This document shows, in pieces, positions 18,160 to 30,528 of a stretch of DNA of 64,000 nucleotides (the stretch's first letter is position 1; each line of letters opens with the position of its first letter). This DNA comes from the human T2T-CHM13v2.0 reference genome, Homo sapiens. A program made the translations under genes and the position numbers. Under the pieces are notes generated by a model. The model did no database searches. It was given only the letters and a program-made list of their open reading frames with translations, and was not told the DNA's origin. The stretch lies in assembly GCF_009914755.1 (NCBI RefSeq), contig NC_060926.1. One strand, given 5' to 3'.

Positions 18160-19199
18160 TGAAATGTGCTTCCTAACTTACCTCCAACAGCTAAAGTATC
18201 TCACTGACTTCCAGGCAGAGGATGGGAAGTTGTGGGGCCTGAGCAAGCACATCATGGTTTCCACCAGTATTTTGCATAGAGGAGACAGCCTAGAAAGAAT
18301 GACAAATCTCACCAATCAAAACAGCTGGCTGTACAGGAGAGAAGGCAAAAAAAACAGACCACTCATGAGCACTGCCTCTTGCCCTGATCTCATCAGCAAG
18401 ATAAATCGTCCCACTCGTGTTGAGGAAGTGGGAGGAAGAGGTGGGAAGAATGAGAAATATTGTTTCAATGCTGTTTTCTCCCTAAGGGTAGGCAGAACTC
18501 CCCTCCATGCTTTAGAAGAATAAATAAATAATAAGCATAAGCTCTTCTACGTTTCCTCAGTTCAGCTTCCCCCACTCCACTGGAAAGAACCTACTAGACA
18601 GAAAGAAACTAAAAATATAAAGATAAAGAAAACTAATAAGCAATTTTCAACAGGGGACTGTGGGACTTAAACAAAAATGCTGGCTGTGAGGGGACACATC
18701 TTAAACAGAAAATAGTCCACCCATCCTCTGACGCTGAGAGAGGAAGGTGAAAGTAGATGCACATATAGACAGAGGTACAAAACTGGTAAGTCGGGGAAGT
18801 TAAAGCCTGATTATATCAGTTCTCTCTGTGAAGCAGAAGACAAATCATCTTGAAGGAGAGGGAATCAAGAAGGGTGAAGGTTTAGAAGAGCCACAACAGT
18901 GAATAGTAGTGAAAGTTATTTTTGGAGATCGTGAATCTGTTGGACACAAGCAATGCCATTCCTTCTAGCATAGTTTTGCATACTGGGGATGGAGCAGAGA
19001 AGATGAATGGTTTGATTCATTAATGCTTTCCTTCTTTACTTGGCTCTCAACACATCACATTCCCATGGTTTCCTTCTACCTTATTGGCCATTCTACTCAA
19101 CCTCCTTTGATCATCCCTTTTCAGTTTCTTGACCTCTAGACTTTAAAAATGCCTCAGAATCCACTTGTTGGACATGTTTTCCCTCTATTTACTTTCAAT

Positions 19200-19575
19200 A
19201 TTCATGTTGAAACTGAATCCCCTTGTGGTGAAATTAAGAAGTGGGACCTTTGAGAATTGACTAAGTAACAAGGGCTCTGCCCTCATAAATGGATTAGTGC
19301 CTAATTAAAAAAATACGTTGGGGGAAAATAGCTGATGCCCCTTTTGCCCTTCCACCATTCTGCTATATGAGAACACACCATTCATCCCTCAGGAAGACAC
19401 AGTAACAAGGCAACATCTTGGAAGCAGAGAGACTAAGGCCCCACCAGACACTGAACCTACAGTCACCTTGATCTGGGACTTCTCAGCCTCGAGAACTTTG
19501 AGAAACACATTTCTGTTGCTTATAAATTACCTAGACTCAGGTATTTTGGGACAATAGCATGAACAGACTAAGGTG
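19200..19575 (+). mobile_element. MLT1A-type MaLR solo LTR
   Basis: 'ctctgccctcataaatggattagtgcc..catcttggaagcagaga..caccagacactgaacct..ttctcagcctc..ataaattacc..gaacagactaag'. Confidence 0.85.
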
Positions 19576-19579
19576 GTCA

Positions 19580-20100
19580 TATTGATAGTATGTACCCCTC
19601 ATACAATGTGTTGAAAATGACACTTAACCTATATTTTATTCCTTCTCTAAGAATCCATAGCCCCAGTATAATCATGGGGGAAAAACAGATCCAAATTCAA
19701 AAACATTTCACAAAATATCTGAATAATACTTCTCAAAACCTTCAATGTCGTTGAAAACAAAGTAAATCTGAGAAACTATCACAAAAAAAAGTAAATACAA
19801 ACCAGGAGGATCCTGATGAGACAGGACAACTAAATATGGTATAGTATCCTAGCTAGGATCCTGAAACACAACACAGACATTCATTTGAAAATAAGGAAAT
19901 CTAAATGAAATGTGTGTTTTAGTTAATAACAACCTGTCAATATTGGTTCTTTTTTTTGTGTGCACACAAATGTGCGTCCCATGATAATATTAGGTGTTAA
20001 TAATAGGGAAAACTGGGTGTGGGGTATGAGAAATCCTTCTAGACTATCTTCAGAATTTTTCCATACATCTAAAATTAAAAGTTTATATTTGAAAGGATTG
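19580..20100 (+). mobile_element. L1MC-type 3'UTR fragment
   Basis: 'tgttaataatagggaaaactgggtgtggggtatgagaaat..ctatcttcagaatttttc..tctaaaat'. Confidence 0.65.
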
Positions 20101-20154
20101 TAATACATTATGGTACTGATATTTGAATTTAATGATTTATAATAGGTACTCTCT

Positions 20155-20314
20155 TTGTTTGTTTTATTTTGTTTTTGAGACAGTCTGTTTCCCAAGTGGA
20201 GTGCAGTGGCACAATCGTAGCTCACTACATCCTCTAACTTCTGCCTTCAAGCAATTCTCCTTCCTCAGGCTCCCAAAGCATTGTGAGTACAGGTGTGAGC
20301 TACCATGTTCAGCC
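20155..20314 (-). mobile_element. Monomeric Alu (FRAM-like)
   Basis: Single right-arm-type monomer with T-tail. Degenerate TSD aataggtactctctt / aatagattctctt. Confidence 0.8.
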
Positions 20315-20839
20315 AATAGATTCTCTTGAACTAGACCCTAGTATTTAATAAAGCAACTACCACAACCCGAATAATAAAAAACTAATCATATTATGACATG
20401 TCATGGTTTTGAAAAATTGGCTATTTAAGGAAAAAATTAGTGATAAATTCTTACTTTACCATTACAAATTGATTGAAGAGTTAAATGTAAAAAAAACTCA
20501 AGTAGAGAAATAAACTAGGCTTTCAGGAAAAATAAAGGATCAAATTCCAACACAGTTTCTACCAACAGCCTCTGCCACAACCACAATCCTGTGGGTGTGA
20601 AGAGTGTGTGGGGGTGGGAAGGAAATAAAAAGTCATCATGAAAAAGAAGAAAAGGAAGGAGAGAACTTAGAAGAAATACAAACAAAAATCATCTCTAGAA
20701 GAAAAAAGTAGAACAGTAAATACAAAAAAATACCGAACACAGGCTGGAAACAAAACCCTGACTATGGAGAAAGTACTTGAAAGTTTGTAGGTCTAGAAGT
20801 ACTAGCCTCAGAGAACCAGCTTCTGTAGAAGAATTTGGG

Positions 20840-22610
20840 AAGATAAAACCACACAACATAGAAATTAAACAACCTGGTACTGAATGACCTTTGGGTAAAC
20901 AATTAAGGCAGAAATCAAAAAATTCTTTGAAGCAAATGAAAACAAAGAAACAACATATGAGAATTTCTGGGACACAGCTAAAGCAGTGTTAAGAGGAAAG
21001 TTTATAGCACTAAACACTCACATCAAAAACTTAGAAAGATCTCAAATTAATAACCTAACATTATACCTAGAGGAATGAGAAAAACAAGAGCAAACCAACC
21101 CCAAAGCTGGCAGAAGAAAAGAAATAACTAAAATCAGAGCTGACCTGAAGGGAATTGAGACCAAAAAACCATACAAAACCAAAAATTAATTCTTTGAAAG
21201 AATAAATAATATTGATCGACCACTAGCTAGAGTGATAAAGAAAAGGAGAAAGAAGATCCAAATAAACATAATCTTGAAATGGCAAAGGGGACATTACCAC
21301 TGACCCCACAGAAATAAAAAATAAAAATCCTCAGAGACTATTACAAACATCTCTATGCACACAAACTAAAAAACCTAGAAGAAATGGATAAATTCCTGGA
21401 AATATACAATCTCCCAAGGTTGAACCAGGAAGAAACAAATCCTGAACAGAAAAAATAATGAGCTCTGAAATTGAATCAGTAACAAAAAGCCTACCAACCC
21501 AAAAAAAGTTCAGGCCAGATGAATACACAGCCAATTCCTATCAGATGTATAAAGAAGAGCTGGCACCATTCCAACTGAAACTATTCCAAAAAATTGAGGA
21601 GAGGCTCTTCCTTAACTCATCCTATGAGGCCAGCATCATTCTGCTACTGAAACCTGGCAGAGACACAAGAAAGAAAGAAAACTTCAGGCCAATATCCCAA
21701 CATAGATGCAAAAATCTGCAACAAAATACTAGCAAATCAAATCCAGCAGCACATCAAAAAGTTAATCCACCACGATCAAGTAGGCTTTATTCCTGGGATT
21801 CAAGATTGGTTAACATATGCAAATCAATAAATGTGATTTATTACATAAACAGAACTAGATGCAGAAAACGCTTTTAATAAAATTCAACATCACTTCATGT
21901 TGAAAACACTGAACAAACTAGGCATTGAAGGAACATACTTCAAAATAATAAGAGCCATCTATGATAAACCCACAGCCAACATTATATTGAATAGGTAAAA
22001 ACTGTAAGCATTCCCCTTGAAAACCAGAATAAGACAAGGATGCCCACTCTCAGAACTCCTATTCAACATAGTACTGGAAGTCCTAGCCAGAGCATTCAGG
22101 CAAGAGAAAGAAATAAAAGGCATCCAGATAGGAAGAGAGGAAGTCAAACTATTCCTATTTGCATGCAATATGATTTCATACCTAGAAAACCTCATAGTCT
22201 CTGCCTAAAAGCTTCTTGATCTAATAAACAAGTTCATCAAAGTTTCAGAATACAAAATCAATGTACAAAAATCAATAGCATTTCTATACACCAACAACAT
22301 CCAAGCTGAGAGCCAGATCAAGACTGCAATCCCATTCACAATTACCACAAATGGAATAAAATACCTAGGAATACAGCTAACCAGGGAAGTGAAGGAAGTC
22401 TTCAAAGACAGCTACAAATCACTGCACAAGGAAATCAGAGATTACACAAACAAATGGAAAAACATTCCACATTCATGGATAGGAAGAATCAATATTGTTC
22501 AAATGGCCATACTACCCAAAGTAATTTGTAGATTCAATGCTATTTCTATCAAACTACCAATGATATTTTTCACAGAATTAGAAAAAAATGTTAAAAAGAA
22601 ATAAAAAATG
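20840..22610 (+). mobile_element. L1PA/PB-type internal ORF2 (RT region) fragment, truncated at both ends
   Basis: ORF track gives '[40 protein letters not shown]' and '[17 protein letters not shown]'. Multiple stops and frameshifts. Confidence 0.92.
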
Positions 22611-22929
22611 GTAATTCCTTTTACCCATATAGTAGGGTGTTTAAAGTTTTCCCACTGATAGTCTTTTTATTTTTCAAATTCATTTTTCCCTTTATGTTTC
22701 ATTTGTGTTAGTTTCTACCTCTATTTTTTCTAGCTCATTAATCTTTTCTTCTCCAATGGTTTTTTGTTTTGTTTTCTTCTGCAGTGCTTTTTTTCATTTC
22801 AGACTATACACTATAGATTTCATCTATAGAATTTGATATTTTAAAAAATCTCCCATATCTCTACTTAATTAAAATACAATTATAATTTTTTAAAGTGGTC
22901 ATAGAGAATGTTGTTGAAATGGAAGTCAG

Positions 22930-23620
22930 ACAAAGGAAACACAAGAATTAAAACCACTGAGACACCATTTCTTACTCATCAGATTGGCAAAAGTTCAGGA
23001 GCTTGACAATATATCCTGCAGGCAATGATATAGAGGGGAAAAGAACTTTTATAGATAGCTGGTGGGAATGCACTCTATAACAACCCTAACTGGAAGAGAA
23101 TATAGCAATCTCTGACAAAATTACCGATGCATTTACCTTTTGACTCAGCAACCCCACTTCTAAAGATACACCTCTAGGGATACAAAAACACATGTGCATG
23201 AGTCATACACACATGTTATTATACATTTGTCCAAACCCATAGAATGAACACCAAGAGTGAACCCTAAAGTAAACTTATGGACTTCGGGTGATTATGCTGT
23301 GTCAATGTAAGTTCATCAATTGTTAATAATTGTACCATTTTGGTGGGGGATGTTGATAACGGGGGACACTATGCACAGGTGGGGGCAGCAGGTGTATGGG
23401 AAATCTTAGTACCTTCCTCTTAATTTTGCTGTGAATCTAAAACTACTATAAAAATTAAGTAAAAAATATGCATATGTATGAGGTTTATTCACTATAGGAT
23501 TATTTGTAATTGCAAAACATTGGAAGCTATCTAAATGTTCAAGCATAAAAGATTGATTAAATAAAATATGGTAACATAAACAAAATAGAGTCCCATGCTG
23601 CTGTTAAAAAAAAAAGATAG
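22930..23620 (+). mobile_element. Old L1 3' fragments, including a nested L1MC1-like 3' end (~23215-23465)
   Basis: 'atacatttgtccaaacccatagaatg..gtgaaccctaa..ggggatgttgataacggggga..ttttgctgtgaatctaaaact'. Confidence 0.75.
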
Positions 23621-23629
23621 GCCCTTACT

Positions 23630-24358
23630 GTAGGCATCCATGAGTAATTCAGACAGTTCAGTAGGCAGCCACAATTTGTTCTCATGGTTCATGGCCCCAA
23701 AAGAAGGGTTCCATTAATCCACCAGTGTGTTGCTTCTGTGTGGCATACCAAACACGAGGCCATTGGCAACAGCTCAAGTTAGTCAGATTTTAGTCTAGCC
23801 ACCTGTTAACTAAACCCAGGTATTTAGAGAAACCTTGGTGATTCAAGAGCCCACTGAGCAATAGTTTTGCTTCAGGCAGTAAAATAGGAATGAAGTTTCT
23901 CCCAAAGGAATAAAAGGCACTTTTTCATGTAAAGCCAAGATACCACCGGAATCTGGCCAGCTACATTTTTGAACATACCATTTCCATTTGACAAGTAGAG
24001 CTCTTAGATTCCTACTCATTGAGTCTGAGTTAACACACCCAAAAATGGTTATATCAAGGCAGAGAGTCACAACACAATGCCTCCATGGTCAGGTGTTCAA
24101 TTTCCACAAGAACTCAGTAGCAAGCTAATAGCTGCCTTTCAGTAAGCCTGCCAGACCTTGGTCCTGGAGGGAAACATTACATTTCTTACACTGAGCAGTA
24201 AACAAACCTGTCCTGTGCTACACAAGGAGACACTCTATCTTCCAAGGCTGTTTGATATACAACCATCTTTGAAAAGGTAGTCTGGAACAAAAGGGAAATT
24301 AGTCTCTTTGATCAGATGTGTAGAAACACAAGAGACTAATGAAGAATTGTGTCAAATA
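23630..24358 (-). mobile_element. ERVL LTR (LTR40-like)
   Basis: The right end 'ctatcttccaaggctgtttgatatac..tctggaacaaaaggg..gaagaattgtgtcaaata' resembles the reverse complement of the LTR40 5' end. Left boundary uncertain. Confidence 0.5.
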
Positions 24359-24359
24359 T

Positions 24360-25700
24360 TAAGATGTCTTTTACCTTCTGTTTTCAGCAGTTGACTCTTA
24401 CGTTATTTAGTTTTCCGTATATTTACCCTGTTCGGGATTCTCCAAGACTCTTGGATCATAGATGGGTATCTTTTTACCCAATCTGGAAATTTTTCTACCA
24501 AGACTTCTTCAACTATTTTTTCCTCATTCTCCCTCACCTCTCCTTCTGAAACTTCAATATGTATTCAATAGTGTCCCATAGATCACTTGGACTCTGCTAT
24601 TTTTCAACCATTTTTTTTCTCTATGTACTTCAGTTTGGATGATTTCTATTGACCTGTCTTCAAATTTATAATCCTTTCTTCTATATCGGCCAAACTTCTA
24701 CTAATCTCATCCAATTTTTTACTTCAGATACTTTATTTTTCAGTTGTAGAATTTTCATTAGAATGTTTTTTACAGTGCCTGTATATTTTCAAAAATTCAC
24801 CAACTTTTCACTCTTAACATTTTTCCCACAGATTCTTTTACATATGTTGGTAAAGCACTTCTCTGCTTTTTCAAACATCTGAGTAACCATAGTCAGCTCC
24901 TATAAACTGATTTTTCTCTTGACCTTGGATCATATTTTCCTGTTTCTTTAACATCTAATAGTTCTGTATTACCTATTGAACATTATGAATGACATGTTGT
25001 AGAGACACTAAATTTGATCCCTCTTCTTGATCACTCTGAACTTGTGAAGACTTGGTTTGCAGGTTGTTTTGTGTGTTTGTTTATGTTTTTGTTTTTGAGA
25101 CAGAGTCTCACTCTGTCACCCAGTCTGGAGCATAGTGGTGAATTATAGCTCACTGCAGATTTGACCTCCCAGGCTCAAGCAATTCTCCCACCTCAGCTTC
25201 CTGACTAGCCGGGACTACAGGTGTGCACCACCACACCCAGCTAATTTTTAAATTTTTTGTAAGAAACAAGGTTTCATTATGTTGTCCAGGCTGATCTCAA
25301 GCTCCTGGGCTCAAGTGATACTCCAAAGTTCTTGGATTACAAGCATGAGAGATCGTGCCTGGTCTGTTTTGTTTTTAAGAGTAGCTCTATTTTGGTATCA
25401 CCCTTAGTCCTGGGGAAAATCATTTAGTCCTGTAATATGGTCTTTATTTCTAAGATGTGAGGCCTCAGTGGGAAGGCCGAGGTGTTCATCCAATCACTCT
25501 CATTTGGCAGGAATTAAAATCAAAACTCCAAATCTACTGAAGTGGGCACCCACCAAAATCTCTATTCAGCTCTTTTAGCCTTCTAGCTCTTGTTTCTAAG
25601 TTTCTTGCAGTCTTACCTTGTATGTGTGCATTTCTGAGGCCACTTGGTGATCTGATTGGAGTTTACGTGTCACTCTGACAGCTCCATACCCCAGCTATTA
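24360..25700 (-). mobile_element. Ancient L1M ORF1-region fragment
   Basis: Antisense ORF1-like T-rich sequence ('ttcagtttggatgatttctattgacctgtcttcaaattta'). Confidence 0.6.
25073..25364 (-). mobile_element. AluJ-type SINE
   Basis: 'gagacagagtctcactctgtcaccca..caggctcaagcaattctcccacc..ctcctgggctcaagtgat'. TSD-like tgttttgt. Confidence 0.92.
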
Positions 25701-26391
25701 ATGTCATAGGGAGGAAAGTTGGTCTAATATAAGTTGGAAGCTGTACTGGATCTCACTAGGTTGTTTCACTGCAGACATAAGAACCAGAGATGTAAAGGGA
25801 CTCAGAGTACGGAAAGGATTTGTGACAAAAACACTTAGATAAAAGAAGATACAAATTAATTAGTTTTAAAGTACTTCTTCCTATATAGCATGAGACAATT
25901 AACTCTTTAATAAGAAGGGTTGTTCAATAAGAAAGTATTGTTTACAAGTAATGCCAAGTTTATTTTCTTGCTTCTCCTCAAGTTCTAATTCAGAAGTATT
26001 CAGTAATTACAGTGTTTGCAACAGTTCTACATGGCAACTAGAAAGAAATATTAGACAATCACATTTTGTGTGTATATAAATGTAGGTCTATAATGATAAC
26101 AATAGATTGGCAATTGATGAGCACTGAATGACAAATAGTTTTGTTTTTATAAAAATATTCAATGGTTGAATTATATTTTCAAATAATAAAATTAAAAATT
26201 TGATTAATTAAAGCTGATCTTAAATGTTGATATCCATTAATTATAATTTAATTTTTTATATAATAAATAATTTCTAATATTTTACAAGAAATAAATTTAA
26301 TATATAGTCTTAAATTTTTCCTTGTATAAACTTATACTTTATTATAAAATATATTCATGTTATATTCACTTAAAACATAGTTAAATTTTAA

Positions 26392-27227
26392 AAGTGGGCG
26401 AAGGATATGAACAGACACTTCTCAAAAGACGACATTTAGGCAGCCAAAAGACACATGAAAAAATGCTCATCATCACTGGCCATCAGAGAAATGCAAATCA
26501 AAACCACAATGAGATACCATCTCACACCAGCTAGAATGGCGATCATTAAAAAGTCAGGAAACAACAGGTGCTGGAGAGGATGTGGAGAAATAGGAACACT
26601 TTTACACTGTTGGTGGGACTGTAAACTAGTTCAACCATTGTGGAAGACAGTGTGGCGATTCCTCAGGGATCTTGAACTAGAAATACCATTTGACCCAGCA
26701 ATCCCATTACTGGGTATATACCCAAAGGATTATAAATCATGCTGCTCTAAAGACACATGCACATGTATGTTTACTGTGGCACTACTCACAATAGCAAAGA
26801 CTTGGAACCAAGCCAAATGTCCAACAATGACAGACTGGATTAAGAAAATGTGGCATATATACACCATGGAATACTATGCAGCCATAAAAAATGATGAGTT
26901 CATGTCCTTTGTAGGGACATGGATGAAGCTGGAAACCATCATTCTCAGCAAACTATTGCAAGGACAAAAAACAAAACACCGCATGTTTTCACTCATAGGT
27001 GGGAATTGAACAATGAGAGCACTTGGACACAGGAAGGGGAACATCACACACTGGGGCCTGTTGTGCGGTGGGGGGAGGGGGGAGGGATAGCATTAGGAGA
27101 TACACCTAATGTTAAATGATGAGTTGATGGGTGCAGCACACCAACATGGAACATGTATACATATGTAACTAACCTGCACGTTGTGCACATGTACCCTAAA
27201 ACTTAAAGTATAATAATAAAAAAAAAA
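26392..27227 (+). mobile_element. Young 5'-truncated L1PA (approximately L1PA3-5): ORF2 C-terminus and 3'UTR
   Basis: ORF 26455-27009 is an almost intact ORF2 C-terminal Cys-rich region ('[28 protein letters not shown]'). G-rich 3'UTR, then 'gtaccctaaaacttaaagtataataataaaa'. TSD aaattttaa 26383-26391 / 27256-27264. Confidence 0.95.
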
Positions 27228-27544
27228 TACCAAGGCAGTAAAATGTAAAGGAAAAAAATTTTAATCATTAATGTTAATAGAACAGGTAAAAATCTTGATT
27301 ATAACAATATAATTAGTGATTTTGATGAAATGAAGGCAATACAAATAAATATTGTAAAATTAGCTATAATAGGTAATGAATTATGCATGTCCTTATTATC
27401 TATCCAAATATCATAGGCCTATCAACAAAATATCCAGACACACTTGATATAATTAAGTTAAATCCAGTGATGTTTTAATGAGCTCCAGTCAAATAAAAAT
27501 GATAGCTTTACACATATTTTTCAATTTTGTCACCTTGGAAGTTT

Positions 27545-28140
27545 AATCAATTCACATAATTCATAGCAGTTATGTTCTATAAAGTCATTATGAACATTGA
27601 GTTATTGAACGCTGATTGCTTACCCCAGGAGATATACAGCATTAGGTTCCCAAAATCTTTGATCACAACATTTTTGTCAACTGATTAATATTTAACTTTG
27701 TTTTGCATTTTTGCCAGCTAATCAATACATAACCTCATTTTACATGTACTTCTGTTTAAAAACACCTTATTTACTGTTGATTCATTAACACTGAACTCAT
27801 GGTCAACAGTACCATAACCCACACCTGGATGAAGCTTATCTCACACTTGTATTTCTCCATAAGACACATCACCACCTTCTTCCACTTAGGAATAGTAGAC
27901 AGCATGTCAGCACTACACTTGGGGGCATTTTTTAATAACAAAATCACCAACAAAAAAAAGACAAAACATGGCACTTCAGTTGAGAACACACACATTGGGC
28001 AACTCATATTTGTTGCAACTCTGTGCATGTGCATAAATGGCCATGAAAGTGCTCCAAGTATTGATTTTGGGGTCATGAATAAACTTTAACAAGTAGGCAA
28101 ATTTGAAAAGACAGAATCCATGAATAATAAAAATCAGCTG
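27545..28140 (-). mobile_element. MER82-like TcMar-Tigger element
   Basis: Reverse complement of Tigger-type 'cagctgatttttattattcatggattc..aaaatgcccccaagtgtagtgctgac..ataagcttcatccagg'. Ends next to TA. Confidence 0.75.
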
Positions 28141-28171
28141 TATATTGGTCAAGTTAAGATAGAATAGATTT

Positions 28172-28480
28172 GGCCAGGCATGGTGGCTCACATCTGTAAT
28201 CCCAGCATTCCCAGGCTGAGGAGGAGGATCACTTTAATCCAAAAGCTCAGGACCAGCCTGGGCAGCACAGTAAGACCCCATCTCTACAAAGAATTAAAAA
28301 AACAGCCAGGTGCGGTAGTACATGCTTGTAGTCCTAGCTACTCAGGAGTCTGAGGTGGGAGGATTACCTGAGCCTGGGAGGTCAGCCTGCAGTGAGCTGT
28401 AATTGTGCCACTACACTCCAGCCTGGGCAACAGAGTAAGATCCTCTCTAAAAAAATGAAAAAAAAAAAAAAGAAAGAAAG
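28172..28480 (+). mobile_element. AluJ-type SINE
   Basis: 'ggccaggcatggtggctcaca..gaggtgggaggattacctgagcctgggagg..' with A/GAAA tail. Degenerate TSD agaatagattt / agaaacagattt. Confidence 0.92.
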
Positions 28481-30136
28481 AAACAGATTTTACTTAATAG
28501 TTCATTGGTTTAATGTATACCTTTTAAATATTTAGATATATGTAATTAGGGCATTAATGTGATCCTTACTCAGCCCCACAAATGTTAGAGGCAGGCCTGC
28601 TTCTTACCCTTCAGGCCAACCCTGGACAGTATTGTGAAGCAGGCAGATGTTTGTGTCTAATGCCCTTAATCCATATATTTTTCGCATGTAATACCTTCTT
28701 TTAGCTCCAGTTCTATTATTCATGAGTCTTCAGTACCTCCCTGTGCTTGGAGACACATACACACACGCTCATAAAGATTTCATGAGTTTCTTCAGCAACC
28801 TTCTCTATCCAGAGTAGAATAAAACCCTAATGCACAATCAGTTTCATCCTTACATCACCCCATCCGATTTCCTACCTGCCCGTTTCCAATTTCCTCAAGG
28901 ACCTCTGATATGCTAGATAAGAAAATGATGATCAAATAAGTTTTTTCATGATAGTGGGCTAAACAGCTCTAATAAACTACGCCAATGCACTACTGCTTCC
29001 AGGTAAAAATTAATTTTTCTTTTTTTCTGGAAGACCACTGAAAAAAATCTCAGTAGGAATTTAAGTGACCTTTCTTAAAGATATTTGAGGGTTATATAGA
29101 GCTTTTAAATCATATCTCCAAGTTAGAATCTGTTCCATGGGGCAGTTTATGTATTAATGTGATCTTTTTTCATAGTAGTGGGCCAAAAATGCCATTAGGA
29201 AGAACAGGAAGACATCACCTTATGTGTCCTGAAGGAGAATGGACAGGCCATTAGTCAGGCAGAACATCAAAGGACATAAGCTATGGGGGTGGACACAAAC
29301 CACAGCTCTGCCGGGCCAAGTTCACTGTGTTCTTGGAGAAGCAGGTCTGCACAATGAGGAAACTGGGTCAGAGCTAAGGGAAGATGAGGTCTAAGAAAGG
29401 AACAGTTCAAGGAAGGACTGGGGGATGAATGAATCTAGAAGCACGGAGCTTTAAACCCACCTTTTCTAAAAAACCCTCCTACTAATCAATCCCCAGCCTC
29501 TGAGAAACCAGTTTTTCCTTGGTCAAAACGAGAGGTTCACAAATTAAATTTAATTTTCTTAAAAATTAAGACCCAAGGATTGCCAACTGTTTACTTTGCT
29601 AATTGAATATTTTTTTAAAAAAGCTAATGTTTGCCATTATAATAATTTCATACAAGAAATAATATTTTTGACATTAAAAAGTAGATAAATACTATTACAG
29701 AATAAAAGAAAGTCTTTTCCATTCTAGAAAAAAACAGTTGATGACCAGACACTGACAGTTCACTGCATCTCAGTGAAAACATCACTGTGGACAGGCACAG
29801 TCCTGGGAGCCAGCATCTGGGATCTCTGTTCTTGAACAAAGGTCAAATTCTGGGCTCAGTGCCCCAGAGCCATGCTTGACGTCCAAGCTGAGCTAGCTTT
29901 ATCATCAGGAGGGAGCTCCATGGCTTCTTCAGAGAAAAGCCTGTGGCCATTTGGGGGCCTGAACTGTGGGCCTCATTGTGCTTTTTCCAAGAGATCTCCT
30001 TTCCCTAAACCTGCTTCCTTTGGTGTTTATAAGAATCTGTGGTGCCAGAGTGAGTACAGACCCCAAAAGGAACCTGACACAGAAAGGGCTTGAAGTCAAG
30101 TGGCTCTTACCTGGAAGGTAGCTCATGCTCTCCTCC

Positions 30137-30528
30137 TGCGATGGTTAATACTGACTGTCAACTTGATTGGATTGAGGGATACAAAGTATTAATCCTGGGT
30201 GTGTCTGTGTGAGTGTCACCAAAAAGATTAACATTTGAGTCAGTGGGCTGGGGAAGGCAGATCTACACTTAATCTGGTGGGCACAATCTAATTAGCTTCT
30301 AGAGAATATAAAGCAGGCAAAAACATGTGAAAAGGCAAGATGGGCCTAGCCTCCCAGCCTACATCTTTCTCCCATGCTAGATGCTTCCTGCCCTCGAACA
30401 TCTTCAGTCTGGGGACTCGGACTGGCTCTCCTTGCTCTTCAGCTTACAAGACAGCCTATTGTGGGACCTTGTGATAGTGTGAGTTAATACTTAATAAACT
30501 CCCTTATAAGAGAACCCTGACTGATACA
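30137..30528 (+). mobile_element. MLT2A-type (HERV-L) solo LTR
   Basis: TG..CA ends ('tgcgatggttaatactgactgtcaacttgattggattga' to 'gagaaccctgactgataca'). AATAAA at 30493. Perfect 5-bp TSD cctcc (30132-30136 / 30529-30533). Confidence 0.93.

Larger units (their letters stand above)
25740..28599 (+). mobile_element. hAT-Tip100 (Zaphod-like) DNA transposon relic, interrupted by L1PA, MER82-like and AluJ insertions
   Basis: ~27290-27350 reads 'NLDYNNIISDFDEMKA', resembling the end of the hAT C-terminal dimerisation region. Terminus 'gccccacaaatgttagaggcaggcctg' at ~28573-28599. Left limit uncertain. Confidence 0.55.
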
